A stretch of DNA of 59,069 bases, filler included, from Dugesia japonica (lineage: Eukaryota), in the NCBI GenBank assembly GCA_001938525.1. It is 5 parts of 5 records of this genome, joined end to end, with 100 filler letters (N's around TTAATTAATTAA, not from the genome) between each part and the next. Parts side by side here need not be neighbours in the genome. Positions count along the whole stretch, not along the records: positions 16,623 to 27,572 come from MQRL01589633.1; positions 27,673 to 39,869 come from MQRL01605102.1; 3 more parts are not named here. One strand, written 5' to 3'. Below the pieces are notes generated by a model. The model did not search any database and was not told the origin of the DNA. It saw only the letters and a program-made list of their open reading frames with translations. Position 1 is the first letter of the stretch. Each line of letters begins with the position of its first letter. Below, one piece after another: positions 22,839 through 34,925 of the stretch. A program made the position numbers and the translations under genes.

Positions 22839-23608
22839 GTCTATGCAATTAATCTTTTCTTAAAGTGACTATTTAATTAAATATATCATCACAAGCATTT
22901 GTGTTGCAAGCGAAACAATATTTAAAATTAAAATATTTATAGTTTTATTTCTTGCCTTAATTTTGTAAAANNNNNNNNNNNNNNNNNNNNNNNNNNNNNN
23001 NNNNNNNNNNNNNNNNNNNNNNNNNNNNNNNNNNNNNNNNNNNNNNNNNNNNNNNNNNNNNNNNNNNNNNNNNNNNNNNNNNNNNNNNNNNAATTGGCAT
23101 TGTTACACATTTAGAAGAAACTCCAACAATGGTTTTTCCTTAAAATAACGTTTCCTGTTACAATAATAAAATTAGAATCGAATTTTATATTTTCTATTCA
23201 TTTAACTGTAGCTGTTCATAATTCAAATTATTTATAATAAATATATTCAATTAAACAAAAAATTTAGTTTTTTCGTTTTTGTTAGTTTCTATTAATTTTT
23301 GTTTAATGTCCTGTTTATTTATTGTTTTAAGGGTGACCTGTCAATACTTTCTATAAATACATTTCCAATTATTCCATTCTAACAAATTATTATTAAATTT
23401 ACAGATAAAATTTTAANNNNNNNNNNNNNNNNNNNNNNNNNNNNNNNNNNNNNNNNNNNNNNNNNNNNNNNNNNNNNNNNNNNNNNNNNNNNNNNNNNNN
23501 NNNNNNNNNNNNNNNNNNNNNNNNNNNNNNNNNNNNNNNNNNNNNNNNNNNNNNNNNNNNNNNNNNNNNNNNNNNNNNNNNNNNNNNNNNNNNNNNNNNN
23601 NNNNNNNN

Positions 23609-23795
23609 AATCAGAACATTCAGAATAATCAATGATTGTACAGCCACTACGGTATTATCTAAATCGCAAATTAATTACTCGGATTGATGGCACAGAGTGT
23701 TCATAATATTTATCTATCTTTGCGTTTGTTTCGGTAATCGTTTCACCTCTTAAGAAATAATGTCTTAAATACATTCGAAATTCATTTTTGGCAAC
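23609..23795 (-). mobile_element. mariner transposase N-terminal remnant
   Basis: KNEFRMYLRHYFLRGETITETNAKIDKYYEHSVPSI resembles the Himar1-type HTH start. Confidence 0.75.
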
Positions 23796-25347
23796 GATTT
23801 CTGCTATTGGTAAGTTGAAATAAATATATTAATTAAAAAAAATTCATTTAATTTCTGAAATTTTAGATTTTTACTTATTTTTAAATAAAACATTTCATGA
23901 CACAAGCGCTGAAATTTGTTTTATTTTTCACATACATATTGAACTTCCCTTGAATGTTTTAAATAATTTATATTTTAACCCTGTGAGGTATACATACTTC
24001 AGAATTATCTAGATTCATGTTAAGCATAATAACGAACTATTTTCAAGATTTATTCGACAACAATTATTAAAAATAAATTACACAACTGTTTTACTATTGA
24101 TTTCTCAAATTATAACTTTACAAATTACAATTTACCAAATACAAATTGTTTATAAAAATAGCAAATTACTACACTAATTTTAATAGAACAAAAAGAACTC
24201 ACAGAATATACCTTGTTGTAAAACGTAATGATTGAATGAAATTACATGTTGCTAATTTATATTTTCCATTTTATAAATCCCGAAACTTACATAAATCTAA
24301 CAATTAAAACAACACAAAATTTTCGTAATTAATCATTTTCCTCAGAAACCACATTAACGTCAAATAAAGTTGCAACTACAGATATCTTATAATAATTGAA
24401 TAATTTTGTTGCAATATAAAGCAATAATCAATACAAATTTAATTTATTTATTTTCTTTCATATTTTGAGGTAGCCAATTTAACTACAACCATCAATACAT
24501 TCACTTAGTATGGCAATACTAAATTTAGGCCACAAAAGTAGCCTTTTGCACTAATAGTTATTTTTACCAGGAACTTTTCTTTTGTGAAATTTCGGTTATT
24601 TTCAATTAAAAAGTAAACAACATGTAACTATTTTATTCTATATTTATCAACTTGAATTTTATATCCCAAATTCAAATGTGTATTCATTGCAATAAATAGC
24701 TGTGACTAGATTATGAATAAAATTTGGTTGGAATGTATTTGTTCGTGATTATTTAAATTTATAAGTTAAATGAAAAAAACATCAAGCGTATCGTTATGAA
24801 TAAAAATTAACAATTGCAGTTCTGTTTGTCTCAAGTAATATGCATATCCTATGAAATAGAATGAAAATTTCAAATATAAATAAATAAATTGTCGCTTTAG
24901 CATATAAAATCAAAATATTAGAAAAAAAAATAAAAAGAAATAATCAAAATTAAACGTGCAGTCAATTTTTGGCGATCATCAAATCTGCTAACAATTTGAA
25001 TTATACTCTTTGTTCAATGGTATATCGATTTTTTAAAAAAATCGCATGAATTACTATTGCTTATTCAACAATTATTGAGTTAATAAAGCAAAACAGAAAT
25101 AAATGGAATTAAATTTAAAATGTAACCTTAAATTGGAACACTCTGTATATCTCATCTCATCTAGAAACTTTCATACTGTAGAACATATAAAATAAATATA
25201 GAAGAATTATAAGACTCCAAAAAAAGCGATAAACGATGTTTAGCAATTAGCGGAATCAATATGAATAAATTTTAAGGTTTTGCAATTGCAATTATAGCGA
25301 GAATAATTGTTGGATGTAATCATTGATCGTTTTTTTAGAGTTCATTT

Positions 25348-25487
25348 AAAATAAAAGCTTCGATCAAAAAGGTTTTTTTGTTTTCTGAGATTGATTTGAT
25401 ACTTCGATAGGAAACGAAGACAAAGTCGAAATATCGAAGCAATCTCAAAAAACAAAAAAAAAGCTTTTTGATCGAAGCTTTTATTTT
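25348..25487. repeat. Inverted repeat of Penelope-type 3' tail around a broken hammerhead
   Basis: AAAATAAAAGCTTCGATCAAAAAG ... CTTTTTGATCGAAGCTTTTATTTT arms. Centre GAAGACAAAGTCGAAATAT is identical to part of the 29444 hammerhead. Confidence 0.75.
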
Positions 25488-25766
25488 TAATCAAATTTTA
25501 AGGTCACCATAAAAATATTACATTAATAAAAATAAATAAATTAACAATTTATTAAAAAAAATTAAAATAATTATTAATAAAAATCACTAAATTAATGAAT
25601 ATAATAACCATTTTTTATACAGTTGAATAAACAATGTGAATTTGGTGTTTTTGATTAGATATTTTCCAGAATTATTTAAACAAGTGATTTATTGAAACAA
25701 ATATTTAAAAAAATGTTCGAAAACAGCCTCGAGTCAGAGAGAAAATTCGATTCAATTATTTATTTT

Positions 25767-26290
25767 TCAAAACAAAATCAGAAAATCTCCTCCAGGATGA
25801 TAATTAATCAAACATTGACCTTGAGATTGCATTGTAAACGATAAACAATACACATTTTCTATGCAACGTTGCCCACAGTCGATTATTGATTGAACCTGAA
25901 ATATTTGAGCATACCCTATGTTGTCATAAAGATTTATTGATCCATAAAATTGATCTAAATCATTTCAAATAGAAAATTATAAATTATTTATTTTACAAAT
26001 TATTGAAGTTGATTTTACAGTAGAATATCCAAATATTTCAATTTCACAAGTAATTATTGCATCATCAGAATACGGTTTAGATATTACCATTGTTCTAGCA
26101 AACTAATTATTTAAATGATTACATAATCTCATAAACATTACCACTCTTGATAAATTTATCGTGGTTATTTTTTCACCAATTGGTGGAGGTCCCGAATAAT
26201 AACTTATGTTGTAAAAATCATTGTTATTTGTATTGAATGTTGTTAAATATTTCAAACTAGCATAAAATGTTAAATAACTTGTTCTGTTTG
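25767..26290 (-). CDS. 3' exons of an F-type-lectin/galactose-binding-like + PAN/Apple domain protein
   Basis: Exons ~26290-26142, 26102-25997 and 25954-25767, with 39- and 42-nt gt..ag introns that preserve the frame: ...GPPPIGEKITTINLSRV|FARTMVISKPYSDDAIITCEIEIFGYSTVKSTSII|YQFYGS...SIIDCGQRCIENVYCLSFTMQSQGQCLINYHPGGDFLILF*, then AATAAA. Confidence 0.75.
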
Positions 26291-26334
26291 CTGTAAAATT
26301 TAGTGTCTTATATAACCGGTGTCGTCACTATCTT

Positions 26335-27480
26335 TGTCTTTTGACAGTCACCATTTGACATTCACATTTCATTGACGACAATTCTTGTAATACATTAACC
26401 CCGTTCATGATCATTCATGCAATGAGATTTATATGTTATTGCATATTCATGTCAGTATTCATACTTTTGAGATAATACTGCTCCAACGGTATCAAAACTT
26501 GCATCGATGTAGAGTATAAATTCTTTTCAGAAATCTGGTAATGTCAATATTGGAAAGCTTATTAATGCTAATTTCATTTCTTCACAAAAATCATACTATA
26601 TCGATTTTGAATTATTTTTCTCACACAGAGTTTCTAATATTTTTAATTTCTTTGGATAATCTCTAATAAACTTCCGATAATATTTAAATATGCCTGAGAA
26701 ACTTTTCAAGCTTTTTACACATTTTGATTTTCAAAATGACTGGATAATTTAAATTTTAATCAGATCGGTTTGAATACCTTTGTCGTTTATAATATGATCT
26801 AAAAACTTGACTTCTTTTTTCAACGGTTCGCATTTTTCTGGATTAATCCTTAATCCTGCGTCTTTAATTGTGTTCAAGACCTTTTTCAATAGAATATAGT
26901 GTGTTTCCATTGAATCGATAAAAATCAAAATGTCATCTAAATATCCCATTACTCCATCCTTCCACATCTCTTTTAATATCTTATTCATCAATTCTTGGAA
27001 TGTTCCAGGAGCTGTCGCAATGCAAAATGTCATTCTATTAAAACAAAATTGACCCTCACTTGTGGAAAAAGCTGTTTTTTCCTTGCGATTCCTTATCAAG
27101 CCTTGATTAGTAATAAGCGTTGGCTAGATCTATAGAGCTAAATTATTTAGCACTATTTAATGTATCCAAAATATTTTCGACGTTTGGCATAAGGAAGGCT
27201 TGTCTTTCCGTAATTTGATTCAATTGTTTAAAATATAGACACCATCTGATATCTTTCCTTTCTTTTTCCAATACACAAAGGTGTATTCCAAGGTGAATTG
27301 CATCTCTTGATTATATCATTTTCCTCTAAATTTTTAATAGCATCATTTATTTTTATTCTGTATAATCTCGCTATGCCACTGCTAAAAATGGCTTTCTTTT
27401 TTTAGAATAAAATAAAAACTTGGACTTACTTCTGAATTAATCGATGTTTGCTCATTTTGTCGTTTGAGAACATTTAGCTC
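26335..27480 (-). mobile_element. Gypsy RT/RNase H remnant
   Basis: KTAFSTSEGQFCFNRM...APGTFQELMN...YLDDILIF; FILYIDASFDTVGAVL; frameshifted. Confidence 0.9.
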
Positions 27481-27672
27481 ATATCTGTTACGAAGATTAG
27501 TAAGCATTCTGGTAGTTGAATCTTCTGTTATTATTATTATAATTCTGAACTTGCATTGTGCGAGTTGGTTTGNNNNNNNNNNNNNNNNNNNNNNNNNNNN
27601 NNNNNNNNNNNNNNNNTTAATTAATTAANNNNNNNNNNNNNNNNNNNNNNNNNNNNNNNNNNNNNNNNNNNN

Positions 27673-29525
27673 GTAATGAAAATCAAATTATCAAAGAAAT
27701 GAAAAATTTTAAATCAATTATCATTACACCAACAGATAAAACCAATAAATTGGTAGCTCTATCTGAACAAACATACAATGAATTTTTTACTGAACATTTA
27801 AATAATTACGAAACAATAACCCACAAAAGACTACCAACTACAGAAGAAATTAAACTCAATAAAAAATTAATTCAAATAGCAAAAAAATATGAAGACCCAA
27901 AAATATCTTTACTTTTAACAGTCAAATATCATGAGCCAGTTCTATCCTTGATGTACTGTGTTCCTAAAGATCACAAAACAACAATGAAAGGAAGACTTAT
28001 TGTTAACGCTTCTGACACTCCTCCTACTAAATTATGCAAACTTATGGCAGATATATTAAAATCACTATTAAGTTTCATTTTGGCACATTTAAAGAATAGT
28101 TATGAGTTTATCGAATTAAATTAAAAATTATAACTGGAAGAGTAATGATGAATTTTGTTCATTAGATTTAACAAATCTATATGGATCAATTCCAATTGAA
28201 TGACCTGAAAATATGATTGATATTATAAGTGACTTCTTTGAAAAATACAAAGAACATACAAATATTCCAGAGATCACCAAAAATGATTTCAAATGTCTTT
28301 TCAATTTGTGTCTCTTTTCTGATAGCAATTTCATCGGCAAACAACTTTTTAAACAGAAAGGTGGTCTTGCTATGGGTAATAATTTATCTCCAATTCTAGC
28401 GATAATTTTCATGAACTTCATTGAAAATCAAATANNNNNNNNNNNNNNNNNNNNNNNNNNNNNNNNNNNNNNNNNNNNNNNNNNCATCTATGGTTTAGAT
28501 ACATAGATGATATTTTCTTTGTAACTAATTCTCCTTTAGAGAACATTTTAGAATTAGTTAACAGTATTAATAATAACATTAAATTCCCTTTGGAGAAATC
28601 AACTGGCTTTCAGATTCCTTTTGTGGACACTTTAATGCAAAAAAAACCTTGTGAAACATTAACCACCAAATTATATATGAAACCATTATACAGTGGACAT
28701 ATACTACCATCAGCCAGAAAATAGGTATAATTAAAGGGGAAAGAATTCGAGCTGAGAGACTATCTTCAAATAAAAAAATGAAATTGATTTCTCTCAAGTT
28801 GATTAAAAACAAATTCTTAAATAACGCCTACCCAAATAAAATTATATCAAAATATTTATCTTTGAATACAAAGCATAATAATATCAAACCAAAAACAAAC
28901 ACAGTTATTAAGTTACCTTTTATTGATGAAAAATGTAGCCAAATTATGCAAAAAATAATAAATTCTAAATTCAAATTCTAGCATCTTTAGGCATCTAATT
29001 ACAGAAACCAAGACAAAACGTTTGTNNNNNNNNNNNNNNNNNNNNNNNNNNNNNNNNNNNNNNNNNNNNNNNNNNNNNNNNNNNNNNNNNNNNNNNNNNN
29101 NNNNNNNNNNNNNNNNNNNNNNNNNNNNNNNNNNNNNNNNNNNNNNNNNNNNNNNNNNNNNNNNNNNNNNNNNNNNNNNNNNNNNNNNNNNNNNNNNNNN
29201 NNNNNNNNNNNNNNNNNNNNNNNNNNNNNNNNNNNNNNNNGAAAACACTAAGAACAAGCTACATTTCTACACTACATAGAAAAAACATGAATTACTAATT
29301 AAAGAAGACAATCCTAAAATCAATGTAATTAATAATAATTAAATTAAAAAAAGGTAAAATTAACCAATTAAAATTTAATAAAAATAAATTAATTCAAAAA
29401 AAATTTCTATTGTAAAAATAAATATTGAATGAATTGAAAATTCAATTCCTGAAGAAGACAAAGTCGAAATATAGAATTATTATCAAAAACCAAAAAAACA
29501 AATTTTGATCGAAGCTTTTATTTTA
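27673..29525 (+). mobile_element. Penelope-like retroelement (RT, thumb, GIY-YIG tail), degenerate
   Basis: IITPTDKTNKLV; PKDHK..GRLIV; SLDLTNLYGSIP; QKGGLAMGNNLSPILA; RYIDDIF; hammerhead at the 3' end. Confidence 0.9.
29444..29478 (+). ncRNA. Minimal type I hammerhead ribozyme in Penelope pLTR
   Basis: AATTC-CTGAAGA-A-GAC-AAA-GTC-GAAA-TATA-GAATT: stem I AATTC/GAATT, stem II GAC/GTC, palindromic ATAT stem III. Confidence 0.75.
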
Positions 29526-29622
29526 ATGAATAATAATATAATTTATATTAATAATATGAATATTATTAATAATACTAATGATAATAATATGAATAATAAT
29601 GATTATAATAATGAAAGTAAAA

Positions 29623-29679
<57 letters not shown>

Positions 29680-29729
29680 NNNNNNNNNNNNNNNNNNNNN
29701 NNNNNNNNNNNNNNNNNNNNNNNNNNNNN

Positions 29730-29767
<38 letters not shown>

Positions 29768-29862
29768 TTAATAATAATATTAATAATAATATTAATAATA
29801 ACAATAATAATTATTTTAATAATAATGCTAATAATAATACAATTAATATTACTAATAATAAT
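29526..29862 (+). repeat. (AAT)n microsatellite
   Basis: Directly visible; also at 39831-39869 and 58675-58851. Confidence 0.95.
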
Positions 29863-29869
29863 TGGTTAC

Positions 29870-30013
29870 CTGCATTCTATTTATCAAAGTACTACTTTTG
29901 AATACCGAATAACGTTTGACAACGCATCCAAAATGAATAATAATAAATAAACTACAAATCAGACTTATAAAACAGGAAACAGAACCCAGATAATGTATCA
30001 ATAAAAACGTATC
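29870..30013 (-). CDS. Membrane-protein exon, resembles TM1-ICL1 of a secretin-family (class B) GPCR
   Basis: ttttag|DTFLLIHYLGSVSCFISLICSLFIIIHFGCVVKRYSVFKSSTLINRMQ|gtaacc; 144 nt, phase 0-0, open. Confidence 0.6.
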
Positions 30014-30655
30014 CTAAAATATAATAATAAATGATGCATAAACGTAATCATAAAATAATTTAAATAAATTTATATTTCTCATTAAGGTAAGCATCAAATA
30101 TATAAATAACACACATTCACATTTATCAATATCCAATAGAAAATTATTTCAATTTTAGTTCAATAAGAAGAAATTAAAAATGAAAATTTCTTGCAAATAA
30201 TGTCCAATGTTTTGATCTATGTAATTATATATTAAAGTATTTTAAATTTCATCTGTTTGCCAATTAAACCCGTGAAATATCTATTGAAATAAAATATTAA
30301 AAACATCTATGTAACACTTATTTTTAAACTTTTATGGTCATCATATTTTATCCACCAAGACAGGTAATTTCTTTATCTATTCATTTATTTGAATACTATA
30401 TGGTTGGTAAGTCGATGGATAATAGAATAATGCACTGGAACACCCCACTCGTTATGTATACAGTTTTTTATGCAATTTTTTTTTACCGGTTATTATGTAA
30501 TACACTATACAGTATGTTTATCATTTTTATATAATTTATTATGTAACCAGCCATTCCCTATTATATCATATATAAGTGGTTGCGTCATAATTGAACAATA
30601 GCATAAAAATTACATAACAATTGGAACTACATATTAATTATTCTTATTTATTGTT

Positions 30656-31245
30656 TCATAGAAGAAAAATGGTTCCATAATGAATTTGGAATTGATTCCT
30701 ATCCAGATACAGATTTTTTCCGGATGAAGCGGTTTTGTCATGAAAATGTGGGCTTGCAAGAAGCTCATATTCGGCAGTGATATCGGCTAATTTCACCATC
30801 CAGGTGGAAGTACGTTTCATCAGTCCAGAAAATTTTAGGCAGAATATCTTGATGCTGCAGAAACCATAGACCAAATTTAATTCGCTCCTTATAGTCAGCT
30901 GGCTTTAACTCATGAAGCAGTTGTATTTTATAAGGTTTCAACTTGTCATCTTTTTAAACCCTTTGAATCGAGGTTGGTGGAATATTAGTTTCCGTGATTA
31001 TCTTCGAATGAACATTTTACAATTAGTATCATCCAATGCATTTTTAATAACGGTTTTATGTTCACTGACAAAAGAAAGCCAGTTGTCTCCAATTTCCGAA
31101 TAAGTTTCGTTACTGCCAAACAGGTGCATGGGTTTTTAAGTAAATTTCTTTCCCTCTTGATGTGTCTGATTGCAGTTGAAGGAGAATTTGAATTTGCATA
31201 ATAACATCGAATGATGTCAATTTTCAAATCGAGATTCATATGCAT
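30656..31245 (-). mobile_element. Tc1/mariner (maT/DD37D-like) transposase remnant
   Basis: KIDIIRCYYANSNSPSTAIR...TKLIRKLETTG HTH, and a downstream WTDET-FHL first-D motif; frameshifted. Confidence 0.75.
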
Positions 31246-32009
31246 ATTTATGATATTTTTAATAAGTATATTATTTAAACAAAATCTACTTTAATCAATT
31301 TAATATAAAATTTTTAAATTTAATAAAATATAGTATGCTACAAAACTGATAGGCAAAACAATATTTTCCTTGGTTTTGGAAAAACCTGTAAATATATGCA
31401 CAAAAAATAATATATAAAAAAGCAAATGGCCTCTAATTATGACACTATACGAACATATAAGTTGTTGAGTACATGAAATAAGTTAATAGACAATCCATTA
31501 GATTATGGAAACATATCATAGACGACTAAGTGAACATATATATGTGATGAACAAATAAAAGGTTTACATGTAGGTTAATTACCTCTCAGTGTGATATTGA
31601 ATTATGAAACTATTTCAATGACTGAATATATGAATATAGTGAATTAATGTTTGAAAGGGTAAATATCATAAGTGAATGATTTGTTGATTAAAGGGTGGAG
31701 GATTAATTACCTTGAATAAATTTAAATGGTTCCATTTGTTGATTGGTGGAAATTTAATGAAATCTAAAGAACTTTATGGACATATAAAGAAATTTAATGA
31801 AATTGAAGGAAATATTAGTGTTAGCCATTTCTCGAGAAATATTTAAAATCCGAAAAGTTTGTAATAATGGCTAACATTGCAATTGAACAAATTTCATTAA
31901 CAATTCTAATAAAATTTCATTAATAATTTAATTAGATCCATTAAAAAATAGAATAATGCTTATTAAGCTTCTTGACTGTATTGTGCTTATTGTCTGTATA
32001 TATTCCAAG

Positions 32010-34925
32010 TAGAGATTGGAATTTACCGGGCAATTTGAATACTCGAGAAGTCGAGAAACTTTTTCTCGGCAATATTTATGTCTCGAGAATTCGGGAATTT
32101 TTTTTTAAATTCTCGAGAATCTCGAGAATTCACGAGAATTTTTAAAAATAATTATTTTTATTCAAAAACAAATATTTTGTAACTATTTATTACTAAGTAA
32201 TATTTTTTTCTCTTTTTTCAAAGACAATTTCTTATATGTAATATTAAAAAATTCAGTATTTTGTTATAATATAAAGAAATTGAAAAAAAATAACAGATAT
32301 AGTTATAAAATATTAAAATAACAATTCATTTCATTTAAATATGTATATATAAATAAATAAAAAATATAGGAACTTCAATTTGCATTTTTTAAGAAATGAT
32401 ACTTCAAAAAACACAGAGCGTTGATTGCCTTATCCGATAGACGAGNNNNNNNNNNNNACTATATGCCCTGCGGTTGAAAAATTACGCTCGTTTTCCGTTG
32501 ATGTTGGCCGAATAGTTAACAGAGCATTTTTTATTGATTTTAAATTTGGTGTAATTTGGCCAGTTACTTCATTTAAGTTAATTTCTTTTAAAACTGTGTT
32601 TACATCCTTTTGAATAACATCTGTTGCCAAACTTGAATTAATTGACATCTCTAATTTTTGTTTTAATGTTGTCGTTTCATTTTCTTCCATAATCATGGTG
32701 CAATCTGCATCATCAGCATTCAAATTATTAATATTTCGATTTAAAATCGAAATATCTTCATAACAAACAACCTTTGCATAAGGAATTTAGTAGATTTCAC
32801 TAATTCAGTTTTAGAATTCATTTTTAAAAAATCTGCAGATGATGAGCCACCAACAGTGAGGCACTTAGGATTATTTAAAAGTTTTAGAAGAGAAACCAAA
32901 GGCAGATTTCGTCTCTTACAAATTTGAATTTGAATTTCCTTTAACAAATTTATCGATAACATGGAATCATTTTCTTTAAGAGAAGTGAAGAAAAATTTTA
33001 AAATACCCTCACTACTTAATAGGTTTGCATCATGCCGCGACAGTGACTCTACAGCAATTTGCACTGGCTTTAATGCTTTCAAAATATTTCTGAAATTTGT
33101 GGTGTTAGTATTTTGCCACAAATGTTCCGAATTTAAATCAATTAATGCCTTTTTGATTGATTTGATTAGTCGAAGAAATCTTTCAATCATGGTTACCAAG
33201 CTGTTCCATCGCGTTTTACAGTCCAGAAACAACTGTAACTCAGTTTTTTCAACAATTACCACATATTTCTGAAGAAATAAATTTCGAACCGTATAATATT
33301 TCAATTTTTTAATAATTACTCGAATTTGGGTAATGGTTGAATATATATTACTTGAATCATTTAGTAATTCATTTATATCTCTGTTGGATTCATTTTCTTC
33401 TTCTTTGTTTTCTGAAAACAAATCTAACTCTGATTGGTCATCATGCTCATTATCATCAACGCATATATTTTTATCTATTGGTTTTATTTTATAATAAAAT
33501 ATATTCATCACTGCTAAGTGTATAGCATTATTATAGCATAGCTGTAATATTGCTGGGGATAATGATCCGAATCTAGTCATCACACTAGTACCATCGCTTG
33601 CTGTCGCGACTACATCCTTTTCAAAATCAATTTCAAAGAAATCTAATTTTGATGTTACTAATTCAATCATTTTATCGACAGGGCAGCTTCCATGAATTCG
33701 GATTAATCCCAGATTATCAGAATCATCTCCCTCATAATATATGTGAATATTTAAATATCTTCTGTTACAAAAGCTGGTATATTCGTCAATACTTTGACTA
33801 ATTTTTTGTTTTTTTGATTTTGCCAGCTTAATTTTTGTACAAACTTCCTCTTCAATTTTGTCACAGTACTTATATATTAAATTCATAACATCGGTTGGAT
33901 ATTTTGGTAAATCAGAACCTCGTAATTTCAAACTGCTTCGTATAAATTCACAATTCGTTATTTTTTGAACAGGAATATTGTCCAAAGAAGCTATTTTTGA
34001 AACAATTGCCTCAAACGTTTCAAGATTGCTTCGTTTTAAATAATTAGTCATAGTTTGATCAGTGCATTTCATAAGTTTTGTATTTACATTTTCTTCGATG
34101 GTTGCCATTGCACGCTTTACCACCATTCCATGNNNNNNNNNNNNNNNNNNNNNNNNNNNNNNNNNNNNNNNNNNNNNNNNNNNNNNNNNNNNNNNNNNNN
34201 NNNNNNNNNNNNNNNNNNNNNNNNNNNNNNNNNNNNNNNNNNNNNNNNNNNNNNNNNNNNNNNNNNNNNNNNNNNNNNNNNNNNNNNNNNNNNNNNNNNN
34301 NNNNNNNNNNNNNNNNNNNNNNNNNNNNNNNNNNNNNNNNNNNNNNNNNNNNNACAAAGACATAAGTTAAATTTCACTAAATTATGATTTATTTCATAAA
34401 ACTTTCACTAATGAATAAAACAAATTAGTTTTATTTGAATAACAAAATTGTATTCCTAGATTCCGACCTCCCAAATTAAAAACACTTCCAAATACAATAC
34501 TATATACAATACAATACCAAAAAATTGCGTTAAAAGCGTTAAAATACTTCAATTCCTCGCCAAATATATTATAAAATCTATAAGGATTTTTTAAAAATAT
34601 TATTTCCAATTATAATAAACAAAATCAATGATATAAATTAAGTTTTACTTACATTATGATTTACTTCGTCTTACATTTCTTTTGATTTGACAAAATTGTC
34701 ATAGGTAATATGTCACTTAAAAAATACAATTGCGAAATACAAATATACTGTCAAATTCAGATAGTGTTGCCTGTTGTGTAAACAATTGTATTAAAAAACG
34801 TACTAGTTTACAATATTATTGTGCTCTTTCTTTAGTAATAAAATTTTTTTTCCCAGAAATGAGAATTCTCGAAAGTCATTGATTTAAAATTCCTGAGAAA
34901 CGGGAATTCTTGATCCCAATCACTA
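32010..34925 (-). mobile_element. Full-length hAT DNA transposon
   Basis: TIR TAGAGATTGG / CCAATCACTA; perfect 8-bp TSD ATTCCAAG (32002-32009, 34926-34933); subterminal CTCGAGAA repeats. Confidence 0.95.
32380..34132 (-). pseudogene. hAT transposase (one frameshift near 32765; 5' part in gap)
   Basis: SIDEYT, SDGTS, CYNNAIHL, TRWNS and PTSTENERNFSTAG motifs in ORFs 32741..34363 and 32430..32723. Confidence 0.92.

Noticed and set aside
29505-29901. Poly-N/I/L ORFs in the ORF track
   Set aside because: Translations of the AAT microsatellite; the same applies to 58604-58789 and to all X-filled ORFs spanning gaps.
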